Positions 9,341 through 18,213 are shown, numbered from the stretch's first letter. The stretch is 32,000 nt of DNA from Candidatus Heimdallarchaeota archaeon (GCA_030149205.1 JASBSB010000003.1:330001-362000); one strand, 5' to 3'. A program made the numbers and translations. Notes: a model not told the origin generated them from the letters alone.

Positions 9341-12300
9341 ATGACCCCTAAAAAAATAACATTAGTCACTATATTTTTGGTTTTTGCTTATTTTATTGCA
9401 ATTCTTGTTTCTCCTTCACAGCAGATAGCAGCTCCATTGGTCTTAAATTTAGTAGCAATGTTACTCTTTTTGTTAATTTTTTATAGTTCTTTTAAATTTG
9501 CCTCTCGAGAGGTGATAATAGCATCGGGTGTATCTAAAGTTCAGGACTTAAGTGGGGTCAAAATATTCTCTCTTTACTTGTTTAGTTTGTTTTCAGGGGT
9601 TGGTTTTGTTGCATTTTTTGTTGTTATAATTGACTCTCTTCTTAATAGAGGGGCAACACAAACCTCTCAAACACTACTATTTCTTATAATCGGATACCTT
9701 TTAGTATTTCCATTGTTTGAATTTTACGCATTATCAAATGAAGAAGATGAGGCAAACTTACCTGCTGAAATCATCTTAGAACAATTCATCAGCAAAACAG
9801 CAAGGATTCTGCACTCCCGAACTCTTGCTGTTGTTTTCACTTATACGATTACATATATTATTCCAATAATTTTGTTAATAAATTTTTTAAATACAACTCT
9901 GATAACAGCTTTTGTACTTTGGGCCCTCATACTCCCTCTGGTAAACATTGGTGCACTTGCGGGAAGTGGGTTGGGTGAAGATCTACTTAAATTGAAGCTG
10001 TTGAGGAATGGAAAGAAATGGAGAGACTTCAAATCACTAGGATTCCCAAAAATAAGTTTCAAGACCAAGGATAATAAATTTTCCCTTATTCCTTCAATTG
10101 AGATAGGTGAAGTATTCATTGTATTATTTGCAATTCAAGCAGTAATAACTACTTCATACTTTACTATAACCAGTATTCAACAGGTTCTTGTCTTACTCTT
10201 AGGATTCACCCTGTTAAATTTTGCCACAATAGGTGTTGTATTTATTCTTTCTCTCTTAAACAAGGGAAGAGGGGCGATGAACGAGATGCTTGCAGTTTGG
10301 AATGAAACCGGGTTTAAAGTCACATTAAAACCCTTGTTCTTACCAATCTTTGTGCTCTTAGGAGTTATTTTAGCAAGTATATTGGAAGTGTACGTCACGC
10401 TAAGTCCCACGTTGCAACAGAGTAGTGTGCTTGGCTCTTTTGGGATAAATAGACATCCCAAGATGGTATTAATTTTTCTAATTATACAAAATGCAATTCT
10501 TATTTTAAGCATACTGGTTATCTGGACTGCTCCCCCTGGTGCGATGGAACGTAGACTTGTAACAAAACTCCCTGTGGTATACAAGAAAGATAGCAATGGA
10601 TGGATCGATTTTTACAACAAAATTGAATCATCTACTGCTCAAATATTATTCATTCGTGCCTATTACAGGTATTTTCTAAATGAGCCAGACAGTTCGAATG
10701 GATTTGTCACAATTATAGAAAGAGGAATTGAATCAACTGACAAAACTCTAAGTTTAGAAGCTGCGAAAACATTACATTCTCTTCTAAAATCAAAGAACCA
10801 TAAATACATATTTTACCAAGATTTGGTTCTAAAGGCTCTCGAAAACCCTAAATCAGGTGTAAGGTTTTATTCAATCAAAATATTAAGAGAAGAAATTAAC
10901 CGGGGAGGTTCTGAAACTAATAAAGAACAAATAATTCAATTATTACTTTCAAAGTTTTTTGATACTGATAGTTCAGTGAACTGGGAGGCTACTCAAGCCT
11001 TAAGATCACTTTTAATATCACACCCTGAATATTCAGCTTATGTGATGTCATTTATTATTCGTGCAGTGCTGAGCCGAAATATTGAAAACAAAGAACGTAT
11101 CTATCAATTCTTTAATTTTACAAGCTTAGATGATGAAAATACAGCTCAGTTAACACTTTCCACATTAACAACTTCCCTTCATGATGAAGAGTTGAATGAG
11201 AGGCAATTAGAGGACATCTCAGAATCTATCAGGCAGATTATTAGAGCAAAACCACACCTTTCAGAGTATTTATTGAACACAATTGAAACTGAAATTGACC
11301 GGCCTGAACTCAAATTTCAATTACAGGCTATCAGAGTTTATGGTATTATTGGGAAAAACTCAAAATATCAAATAGATAGAATACAAAAAACTTTGCTTAC
11401 AAAAATTACAAATGAAAACATAGAAGTTAAAACAGAAAGTTTGATAGCTCTGACTAAAACACTTTCAATAAACCGTGCCATTATTCCTCAACTAGTCCAA
11501 CTAACTCTGAGAAGTAAAGAAATATCAAATGAACAGTATTTAATTGCAATGTTGAACTTATTTTCAGAGATTTTGAATACAAATAGTGAATATACTCAAG
11601 ATTTATTCGAGTTTATCAATTCTGAACTAGAAATTACTTCCTCTTTGGACAACCAGACATTAAGAAATATTCTTATTCAAATGGCAAAAATAGATCCCTC
11701 TGTTGCTCAAAACATATTCTTTATATCAGATGAGCTAGTGAAATCTGAAAATACAGAAAAAATTATAATTGGGTTAGAATTTTTCAGAGCGGTAGTTCAA
11801 GGTAATTCAGATCTATCCCTGGCAACTTATAAGAAAATTCAACGATTAAGAAATAGTCAAGACCAAATAATACAACAAAGGGTTGTAAACTGTTTGACTA
11901 CAATCGCAGAATCAAATAACAATTTAGCTAAAGAGATTGTTCCTATCTTAATCCCATTGTTAAATGACAATGATTGGGCTGTAAGAACCGAAACTTATAC
12001 TGCAGTTTTAAATTATTATGTTTCTAACAGTTTTGAGTTCAAAGACATTAAGAAACCTTTGATAAACGCACTTTCTGACGTCGATTATCATGTCCGGGAG
12101 GTGGGGCTTGAATTTATTGGAACATTGATTGATAGTTCTTACGACACAGCTAACATTCTAAACATAGCCAAGAAGCAAAACAAATCGAACTCACGTGATA
12201 TAAAAGAAACTGGGCTGGAAATATTGGAAATCGCAATAGAAAGAGATCCAAAGGTTGGAATAGAGGCAATTGATCAGATATTTGATTCATTGTACTCAGA

Positions 12301-12664
12301 AGAGACTAATCTCCGACAGATAAGTAAACGAATTCTACAGAAAATAGTTGAATACTTAAGTTCTCGTCATCATTTACCTGGGGACACCCCGAAAAAACTA
12401 GATAAATTAGTGTCAACCTTAATGAGAGGAGCAAATAATAATTTTGTAAGCGTGAGACTAGATTCATATGACTCTCTCGCTATCATTGCAGAGAATCTAC
12501 CGAAATCAAAGGTTTCTGAAAGGATCAGAAAAACACTTAACACCGCTTATCAGAAGAAGGAAAGAGAACCATCACTTAAAGAATATTTGAAGGATTGCAT
12601 TTTGCGAGCTAAGCCACCAGTATTTTACAAGAAAGAAGGTGGAAAAGTTATTCTAAACCAATAA
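9341..12664 (+). CDS. Large membrane protein: about 10 N-terminal TM helices plus C-terminal HEAT/ARM-repeat solenoid
   Basis: 1107 aa. Hydrophobic segments fill the first ~400 aa. HEAT-like units include LLSKFFDTDSSVNWEATQAL, LLNDNDWAVRTETY, ALSDVDYHVREVGL and LYSEETNLRQIS. Confidence 0.75.
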   Translation: MTPKKITLVTIFLVFAYFIAILVSPSQQIAAPLVLNLVAMLLFLLIFYSSFKFASREVIIASGVSKVQDLSGVKIFSLYLFSLFSGVGFVAFFVVIIDSLLNRGATQTSQTLLFLIIGYLLVFPLFEFYALSNEEDEANLPAEIILEQFISKTARILHSRTLAVVFTYTITYIIPIILLINFLNTTLITAFVLWALILPLVNIGALAGSGLGEDLLKLKLLRNGKKWRDFKSLGFPKISFKTKDNKFSLIPSIEIGEVFIVLFAIQAVITTSYFTITSIQQVLVLLLGFTLLNFATIGVVFILSLLNKGRGAMNEMLAVWNETGFKVTLKPLFLPIFVLLGVILASILEVYVTLSPTLQQSSVLGSFGINRHPKMVLIFLIIQNAILILSILVIWTAPPGAMERRLVTKLPVVYKKDSNGWIDFYNKIESSTAQILFIRAYYRYFLNEPDSSNGFVTIIERGIESTDKTLSLEAAKTLHSLLKSKNHKYIFYQDLVLKALENPKSGVRFYSIKILREEINRGGSETNKEQIIQLLLSKFFDTDSSVNWEATQALRSLLISHPEYSAYVMSFIIRAVLSRNIENKERIYQFFNFTSLDDENTAQLTLSTLTTSLHDEELNERQLEDISESIRQIIRAKPHLSEYLLNTIETEIDRPELKFQLQAIRVYGIIGKNSKYQIDRIQKTLLTKITNENIEVKTESLIALTKTLSINRAIIPQLVQLTLRSKEISNEQYLIAMLNLFSEILNTNSEYTQDLFEFINSELEITSSLDNQTLRNILIQMAKIDPSVAQNIFFISDELVKSENTEKIIIGLEFFRAVVQGNSDLSLATYKKIQRLRNSQDQIIQQRVVNCLTTIAESNNNLAKEIVPILIPLLNDNDWAVRTETYTAVLNYYVSNSFEFKDIKKPLINALSDVDYHVREVGLEFIGTLIDSSYDTANILNIAKKQNKSNSRDIKETGLEILEIAIERDPKVGIEAIDQIFDSLYSEETNLRQISKRILQKIVEYLSSRHHLPGDTPKKLDKLVSTLMRGANNNFVSVRLDSYDSLAIIAENLPKSKVSERIRKTLNTAYQKKEREPSLKEYLKDCILRAKPPVFYKKEGGKVILNQ

Positions 12665-12680
12665 ATTATTTTTAAATCAT

Positions 12681-13619
12681 TTATTTTTTAAGAATGTATA
12701 CTCCACCAAAGAGTCTAGACTTATCCATATATATTTTTGAATTTACATTTGAAAATCCAGCTCTGGCGAAAACACTATACCACATTTCAGGGGTTAACCA
12801 ACCTGGAAATGGACGATAATCAAATGTTGGAACACTCCACCATCCGTCAAACATTGAAAACATGATTTCAAGGGGCCAAGGTCTTTTACTTGAGTAGGGT
12901 GAACCTTCTCCTAGTACAATTATTCCATTCTCACTTAGATGGTTCTTCATCCACCTCATTGACTTGATAACATTATTCGAGACATGGATAGCATTTGTCG
13001 CATAAATTAGATCAAATAAAACATCTGTTTCAGGAGGATTGTGTAAATCCAGAATTTGAGTAGCAATATTTAGATCTGGAAGTTTCTGTTTAATCCCTTC
13101 CAGAAAGTAAGGTTTGATGTCCGAAAAACAAAATGATTTAGCATTTTTAAGTTCTTCTTCAATAATGAGAGTAGTGCCTCCTACACCACCCCCAATTTCT
13201 AGGATGTCAGCCCCATTCACGTAATTCCTGATCTCCTCTGCAACAATTCTGTTAAAAAACCCCATAAGTTCGTTTTCTGTATTCCATTGTTCCCAAAGTT
13301 TGGGTCCCCCTTGCTTTATAATTTCAGCCCCAGATATCTCACCTTTGAGAAAGGGTGTTAAATTTTTGTCTAAGAATTTCAAATATTCAATTGTTGGTTG
13401 AATTTTCCTAATTTGAGATGAAGAGAGGTTAATATTTGTACGACTCTGAGGTAATCCCTCCAATATTCTTTGAGATGTCTGGATCAAATACACAGACTCA
13501 CCACTAAATTGATTATCAAGATCAACCCAATCCATGACTTTTTGAGCAATTAATACACAGATCGGTTCGATATAATCATAGTATTTGCTTAAATCCTGAA
13601 GATAGTCAGACATTACCAT
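12681..13619 (-). CDS. Class I SAM-dependent methyltransferase resembling PKS/NRPS C-methyltransferase domains
   Basis: ILEIGGGVGGTT, FCFSDI, DLIYATNAIHV, GIIVLGE, FSMFDGWW, WLTPEMW...AGF. Confidence 0.8.
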   Translation of the reverse strand: MVMSDYLQDLSKYYDYIEPICVLIAQKVMDWVDLDNQFSGESVYLIQTSQRILEGLPQSRTNINLSSSQIRKIQPTIEYLKFLDKNLTPFLKGEISGAEIIKQGGPKLWEQWNTENELMGFFNRIVAEEIRNYVNGADILEIGGGVGGTTLIIEEELKNAKSFCFSDIKPYFLEGIKQKLPDLNIATQILDLHNPPETDVLFDLIYATNAIHVSNNVIKSMRWMKNHLSENGIIVLGEGSPYSSKRPWPLEIMFSMFDGWWSVPTFDYRPFPGWLTPEMWYSVFARAGFSNVNSKIYMDKSRLFGGVYILKK

Positions 13620-13676
13620 AAGTTACATGAATATGATTTGTTAATAAAAGACTTAGGTTTAAATTTATTAGTACTT

Positions 13677-16376
13677 TTATTCTTTTAACAACTTAGCTAA
13701 AACATAATTGAGAATTCCACCATAACGGTAGTATTCAATTTCTACATCGGTGTCTAGCCTTGTTATCACCTTAAATTTGATTTCTGATCCATCTGATCTA
13801 ACTGCTTTAACATTTAATGTTTTCTTAGGACTTAAACCTTCTTTGATACCTGTAATTGAATACAATTCAGAACCATCAAGACCCAGTTCTCTCCATCCTT
13901 CACCATCCATAAATTGAAGTGGAAGGACTCCCATACCAATTAAATTGCTTCTATGGATTCTTTCAATTGATTTAAAGAAAGCTGCTTTTACTCCTAACAA
14001 TGCTGGTCCTTTAGCAGCCCAGTCTCTTGAAGATCCAACACCATATTGTTTGGCACCTAAAACAACTACAGGTCGATTTAATTCTTTATATCTCACAGAT
14101 GCATCATAAATTGGGATGGTCTCACCAGTTGGAATGAATTTAGTCCACCATCCCTCTTTTGGTGCAACTAATTGATTCTTGATACGAATGTTTGCAAATG
14201 TTCCTCTCATCATAACTTCATGATTTCCCCTTCTTGATCCGTATGTGTTGAAATCTCTAACTTCCACGTTATTTTCTTTAAGATACTTTGCTGCGGGACT
14301 TTCTGGAGCGATTGCCCCAGCTGGTGAAATATGGTCAGTTGATATTTTGTCATCAAGGAGTAGTAATGCATTTGTTTCCAATATATCTGCTGGTGGGTCA
14401 GGATTTAACTTAAATTCATCAAAAAAGGGAGGTAATCTAAGGTAAGTTGATTTAGGATCCCAGTTATACAGGACTGATTTGGGTGCATCTAAACTCTGCC
14501 AATTTATGTCTCCAAGCATAATCCTAGAATAATGTCTGGTAAACATTTGAGAGTCAAGTCCTTTTTCGATTGCATCCTTGATCTCTTTTTGACTCGGCCA
14601 TATATCTTTCAGGTAAACCTCTTTACCATCCTTACCCTTCCCTATTGGATCAGTTGTTAAATTAATATCAGTTCGACCAGCCAAGGCATAAGCCACCACC
14701 AACATAGGTGATGCAAGAAAGTTTCCTCTGGTTAACTGATGAACTCTTCCTGCAAAATTCCTGTTTCCACTTAAAACAGATGTCACGTAAAGGTCCTGTT
14801 CACGAATCGCATCCTCGATCTCAGGAAGAAGAGGACCAGAGTTACCGATGCATGTTGTACAACCGTATCCTACAGTATAAAACCCTAAATCATCAAGGTA
14901 TTTCTCCAACCCGAGGTTTCTCATATATTCTGTTACCACCAAAGAACCTGGGGCAAAAGAGGTCTTGACATACGCCGGAGTCTTCAAACCAAGTTCCACT
15001 GCTTTCTTCGCCACTAATCCAGACCCAATCATCACAGATGGATTGGAGGTGTTAGTACAAGATGTTATAGCAGCGATAACCAAGCTTCCATCTGTAAGAG
15101 TAACCTCTTCTCCGTTAATTGTCAGTTTTTTGCTGTGTATTGAAGCATCTTTGCTCCTTGTACTGATATGAGCCTCTTGAAATTCAATCGCCCTTTCCTT
15201 CGCATCTGTAAGTGATACTCTTTCTTCAGGGTTCAAAGGTCCAGAAATTGAAGGTTTAACATCACCCATGTTTAATTCCAAGGTATCTGAGAATGTTGGA
15301 TCCTTGGTTTGGTCAGTACGAAACAGACCTTGTGATTTCATATACTCTTCTACTAAGGTAATATGATCCTCAGATCTGCCACTCAGTCTTAAATAAGATA
15401 GAGCTGCGTCATCAACAGGGAAGAATCCCATAGTAGCCCCATATTCTGGGGACATATTGGAAATGGTTGCTTTGTCTGGCAAGGTAAGAGTTGAAAGTCC
15501 TGAACCATAAAACTCCACAAATTTTCCAACTACACCTTTTTTCCTGAGCATCTCAGTTACTGTTAAGACAAGATCCGTCGCAGTTGCACCTTCAGGTAGC
15601 TTTCCAGTTAGTTTAAATCCTATTACTTCAGGTAGTAACATGAAATAAGGTTGGCCTAACATTACTGCCTCTGCTTCAATGCCTCCAACACCCCATCCCA
15701 TAACACCAAGGCCATTGACCATAGTTGTATGGCTATCTGTCCCAACTAATGTGTCAATAATGATGGTATTTTCATCCTTAATTTTTCTTACCTCAGCAAC
15801 CCTGGCAAGAAATTCCAAATTGACCTGATGTATGATCCCTGAGCCAGGTGGTACGGCCGAAAAATTCTCAAATGCTTTTTGAGCCCATTTTATAACTTTG
15901 TACCTCTCTCCATTTCTCTCATATTCTCTGGTTAAATTTATCTGTAAAGAGTTTGCAGATCCGTAAGAGTCAACTTGGACCGAGTGATCAATAACTAAAT
16001 CTGTTGGAATTAGTGGATTGATTTTATTTGGGTCTCCACCCTCTTTTTTCATAGCATCTCTCATTGCAGCTAAATCAACTATAAGAGGTACCCCAGTAAA
16101 GTCTTGAAGCACAACTCTAGAAGGCATGTAAGGAATTTCCTCAACACCAGTCTGGTTTGGCCAATTCGCAATTCGATTCACATGTTCAGTAGTTACCAGA
16201 AACCCGTCATGGTTACGTAGAGCGTTTTCTAATAAAACTCGAATAGAAAAGGGGAGAGTGTCAACCTTAACACCTAAGTCTTTTAAACTGTTAATATCAT
16301 AATAAACGTATGATTCTCCGTTAAAATCCCCAGTTTTCTTGGTTTTTGCTATGTTCTCATCCGTTAGGGATACCAT
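13677..16376 (-). CDS. acnA: Aconitate hydratase AcnA (AcnA/IRP1 family)
   Basis: LPFSIRVLLENALR, RVVLQDFTGVP, DHSVQVD, GTDSHT, Fe-S cysteines in AITSCTNTSNP and GYGCTTCIGNSG, SGNRNF, GSSRDWAAKG. The ORF extends to 16415; ATG 16376 is preferred. Confidence 0.97.
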   Translation of the reverse strand: MVSLTDENIAKTKKTGDFNGESYVYYDINSLKDLGVKVDTLPFSIRVLLENALRNHDGFLVTTEHVNRIANWPNQTGVEEIPYMPSRVVLQDFTGVPLIVDLAAMRDAMKKEGGDPNKINPLIPTDLVIDHSVQVDSYGSANSLQINLTREYERNGERYKVIKWAQKAFENFSAVPPGSGIIHQVNLEFLARVAEVRKIKDENTIIIDTLVGTDSHTTMVNGLGVMGWGVGGIEAEAVMLGQPYFMLLPEVIGFKLTGKLPEGATATDLVLTVTEMLRKKGVVGKFVEFYGSGLSTLTLPDKATISNMSPEYGATMGFFPVDDAALSYLRLSGRSEDHITLVEEYMKSQGLFRTDQTKDPTFSDTLELNMGDVKPSISGPLNPEERVSLTDAKERAIEFQEAHISTRSKDASIHSKKLTINGEEVTLTDGSLVIAAITSCTNTSNPSVMIGSGLVAKKAVELGLKTPAYVKTSFAPGSLVVTEYMRNLGLEKYLDDLGFYTVGYGCTTCIGNSGPLLPEIEDAIREQDLYVTSVLSGNRNFAGRVHQLTRGNFLASPMLVVAYALAGRTDINLTTDPIGKGKDGKEVYLKDIWPSQKEIKDAIEKGLDSQMFTRHYSRIMLGDINWQSLDAPKSVLYNWDPKSTYLRLPPFFDEFKLNPDPPADILETNALLLLDDKISTDHISPAGAIAPESPAAKYLKENNVEVRDFNTYGSRRGNHEVMMRGTFANIRIKNQLVAPKEGWWTKFIPTGETIPIYDASVRYKELNRPVVVLGAKQYGVGSSRDWAAKGPALLGVKAAFFKSIERIHRSNLIGMGVLPLQFMDGEGWRELGLDGSELYSITGIKEGLSPKKTLNVKAVRSDGSEIKFKVITRLDTDVEIEYYRYGGILNYVLAKLLKE

Positions 16377-16504
16377 GTTCAAATACAGTTCTTCTTTGAT
16401 TATAATATTTAGCATAGACTCAATAGAGTAATCTCAAAGAAACAATGATATAATGATAATTTAAGAATTTTATTTAGAGTATAAATGGGATTTTTGAAGA
16501 GGTA

Positions 16505-16987
16505 TTATTTGTTGTAACCCAATACAACCTGGGTTGTAATGCCATTCCATACATATTTCACATAGGGTGCGTTAGCTGAGCTGTAAAGAAATCCATTTAG
16601 CTGTATAGTTGAAGCACTAAAACCTAAATCGTAAGAAGAAACTATTTGAGTGGATCCTGCTTGTGTACCAACTAACACAGCACTCCCATCAGTAGAATCT
16701 ACAGTGGAATTAAGGACATACTGATTTTTACCAAATTCCTTCGCAAGCTCTAGGTAAACAGTTAAAACAATAGACCCACCATTTAACGAATCTCCTTTAA
16801 GCTTCTCCCCTTGTGCAACCAGCTGATTTATTGTCCGTCCCACATCATTCAGAGTTTTGGTTAAATTTGATTGCATTACCTGAGACTGAGCTCTGTTATC
16901 AAAATTTGTAAAGGTTACAGAAAATGCGCCAAATGCAATCATTCCTAGTAATAAAAGTGATTGATACATTAAAGTCTCATTAACCAT
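16505..16987 (-). CDS. Secreted or membrane-anchored protein, archaeal type IV pilin-like architecture
   Basis: N-terminal hydrophobic helix (LMYQSLLLLGMIAFGAFSVTF), amphipathic helix, then beta-rich Ser/Thr/Gly domain. 160 aa. Confidence 0.5.
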   Translation of the reverse strand: MVNETLMYQSLLLLGMIAFGAFSVTFTNFDNRAQSQVMQSNLTKTLNDVGRTINQLVAQGEKLKGDSLNGGSIVLTVYLELAKEFGKNQYVLNSTVDSTDGSAVLVGTQAGSTQIVSSYDLGFSASTIQLNGFLYSSANAPYVKYVWNGITTQVVLGYNK

Positions 16988-17040
16988 TTATAATACTTCT
17001 TTCTCTCCGAAGTATATTATCTTTTACATTTAAATGATAA

Positions 17041-17120
17041 CTAAGGTAAAATCAACCCTCAAATTTTTCCCCGATTAATTGCTCATCGAATCTCACGATT
17101 CTCCCGTGATTTTACCTTAG
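17041..17120. repeat. 80-bp element bounded by a perfect 14-bp inverted repeat (MITE or structured ncRNA candidate)
   Basis: CTAAGGTAAAATCA (17041-17054) and TGATTTTACCTTAG (17107-17120) with a 52-nt spacer, in a divergent intergenic region. Confidence 0.8.
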
Positions 17121-17241
17121 CATAATATATTCAGCGAAAAGCTTTAACAATATTTGTATCTGTAATATGGGTTTTTGTAATGCTTTGATTAATAATAAAC
17201 AGAATAAGAAAAGATTATATTTTGTGTAAAGATAGAATGGT

Positions 17242-18060
17242 ATGAGCTCACAAGATTCAGTTTTAGTTACAGGAGCGAGTACAGGAATTGGGCGGGAGAT
17301 CGTTGAATTTCTAGCTACGAAAGATTTTCACGTCTATGCGGGGGCTAGAAAACAGGCAGATATTGATGCTCTTTCCAGTTTACAAAACGTGCAGGGTTTG
17401 AAGATCGATGTAACTAGTGACGAAGACGTTAAAGCATCATTAGAGACTATTGAAAGTGAAGGCCGCAAGTTATTCGGATTGGTTAACAATGCGGGAATTG
17501 CAGTTTCAGGGCCATTAATTGACCTTCAGGTAGAGGACTTAAGAAATCAATTCGAGGTGAATGTTTATGGAGCATTTCGTATGGTTAAGACCTACAGTCA
17601 TCATTTGCTTGAAACAAAGGGGAGAATTGTAAACATCAGTTCTATTGCTGGTAGAATCACCCTTCCATTTTTAACTCCTTATTCTATGTCGAAATTCGCA
17701 CTTGAGGCTTTTTCGGATGGATTACGAAGAGAGTTAGGCCTACGTGGGGTCAAGACTATCAGCATAGAACCAGGCTCTGTTAAAACACCAATTTGGGACA
17801 AAACCAATGTAGAAGACTCAAAATTTGAGAATTCGATTTTTAAAAAAGAAGCAAGACAAATGGGTAGATTTATGGTTTCGGATGGAAAGAAGAATGGATT
17901 AGAACCAATTAAAATTGCCAAGTTGGTTCATAAGGTGTTAACCATGCCCAAGCCAAAGCCTAGGTACTTGATTACAAGAAAACAATTTATGAATAAGTTG
18001 ATGTTGAAAACCACGGACAGTATGAAAGATTCTTATTTTATGAGAAATTTCAAAAAATAA
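17242..18060 (+). CDS. Short-chain dehydrogenase/reductase (classical SDR)
   Basis: VLVTGASTGIG, LVNNAG, catalytic YSMSK, IEPG. TATA-like ATTATATT at 17215-17222. Confidence 0.93.
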   Translation: MSSQDSVLVTGASTGIGREIVEFLATKDFHVYAGARKQADIDALSSLQNVQGLKIDVTSDEDVKASLETIESEGRKLFGLVNNAGIAVSGPLIDLQVEDLRNQFEVNVYGAFRMVKTYSHHLLETKGRIVNISSIAGRITLPFLTPYSMSKFALEAFSDGLRRELGLRGVKTISIEPGSVKTPIWDKTNVEDSKFENSIFKKEARQMGRFMVSDGKKNGLEPIKIAKLVHKVLTMPKPKPRYLITRKQFMNKLMLKTTDSMKDSYFMRNFKK

Positions 18061-18142
18061 GCACTTACCGGGATTTGAACCCGGGACGTTGGCTTTCTTA
18101 CATTTACCGAAGGCCAATGTGTTTCCACTACACCATAAGTGC
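18060..18142 (-). tRNA. tRNA-Arg(UCG) with a 12-nt intron at canonical position 37/38 (intron 18095-18106), no encoded CCA
   Basis: Cloverleaf: acceptor GCACTTA/TAAGTGC, D arm GTGT-AGTGGAA-ACAC, anticodon stem TTGGC/GCCAA with CT-TCG-G|TAAATGTAAGAA|A, T arm CCGGG-TTCAAAT-CCCGG. A20 and C35 are Arg identity elements. Anticodon at 18108-18110. Confidence 0.9.
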
Positions 18143-18213
18143 AAAGATAATTTAATTTTCTCAAATCTAATTTAACCTTATACATAAGGTAAAAGATTGT
18201 TGACGTAATTCGC

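Noticed and set aside
13677-16415. Aconitase as an IRP-like RNA-binding regulator with local iron-responsive elements
   Set aside because: I found no convincing CAGUGN-loop stem in the untranslated regions here, and AcnA-type enzymes are known in several archaeal groups.
16451-16460. TAATGATAAT, a partial Fur-box-like sequence upstream of the Fe-S enzyme acnA
   Set aside because: Only half of the box with no inverted half, and likely by chance in very AT-rich intergenic DNA.
17041-17137. Known riboswitch, SECIS or H/ACA identity for the inverted-repeat element (CGCUGAA resembles the c-di-AMP riboswitch start)
   Set aside because: The remaining consensus blocks of c-di-AMP, TPP, SAM, FMN and fluoride riboswitches are missing. 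It is not in a 3' UTR and no in-frame UGA selenoprotein is nearby. There is no proper ACA box on the K-turn strand.
17242-18061. Possible island integrated at the tRNA 3' end
   Set aside because: I saw no duplicated tRNA 3' segment (att site), no integrase and no obvious compositional shift.
18175-18194. ACCTTAT-AC-ATAAGGT palindrome upstream of the tRNA, and a TAAGGTAAAA 10-mer shared with the 17041 inverted repeat
   Set aside because: An AT-rich 10-mer is expected by chance at this window size, and the palindrome overlaps the probable TATA region with no other support.
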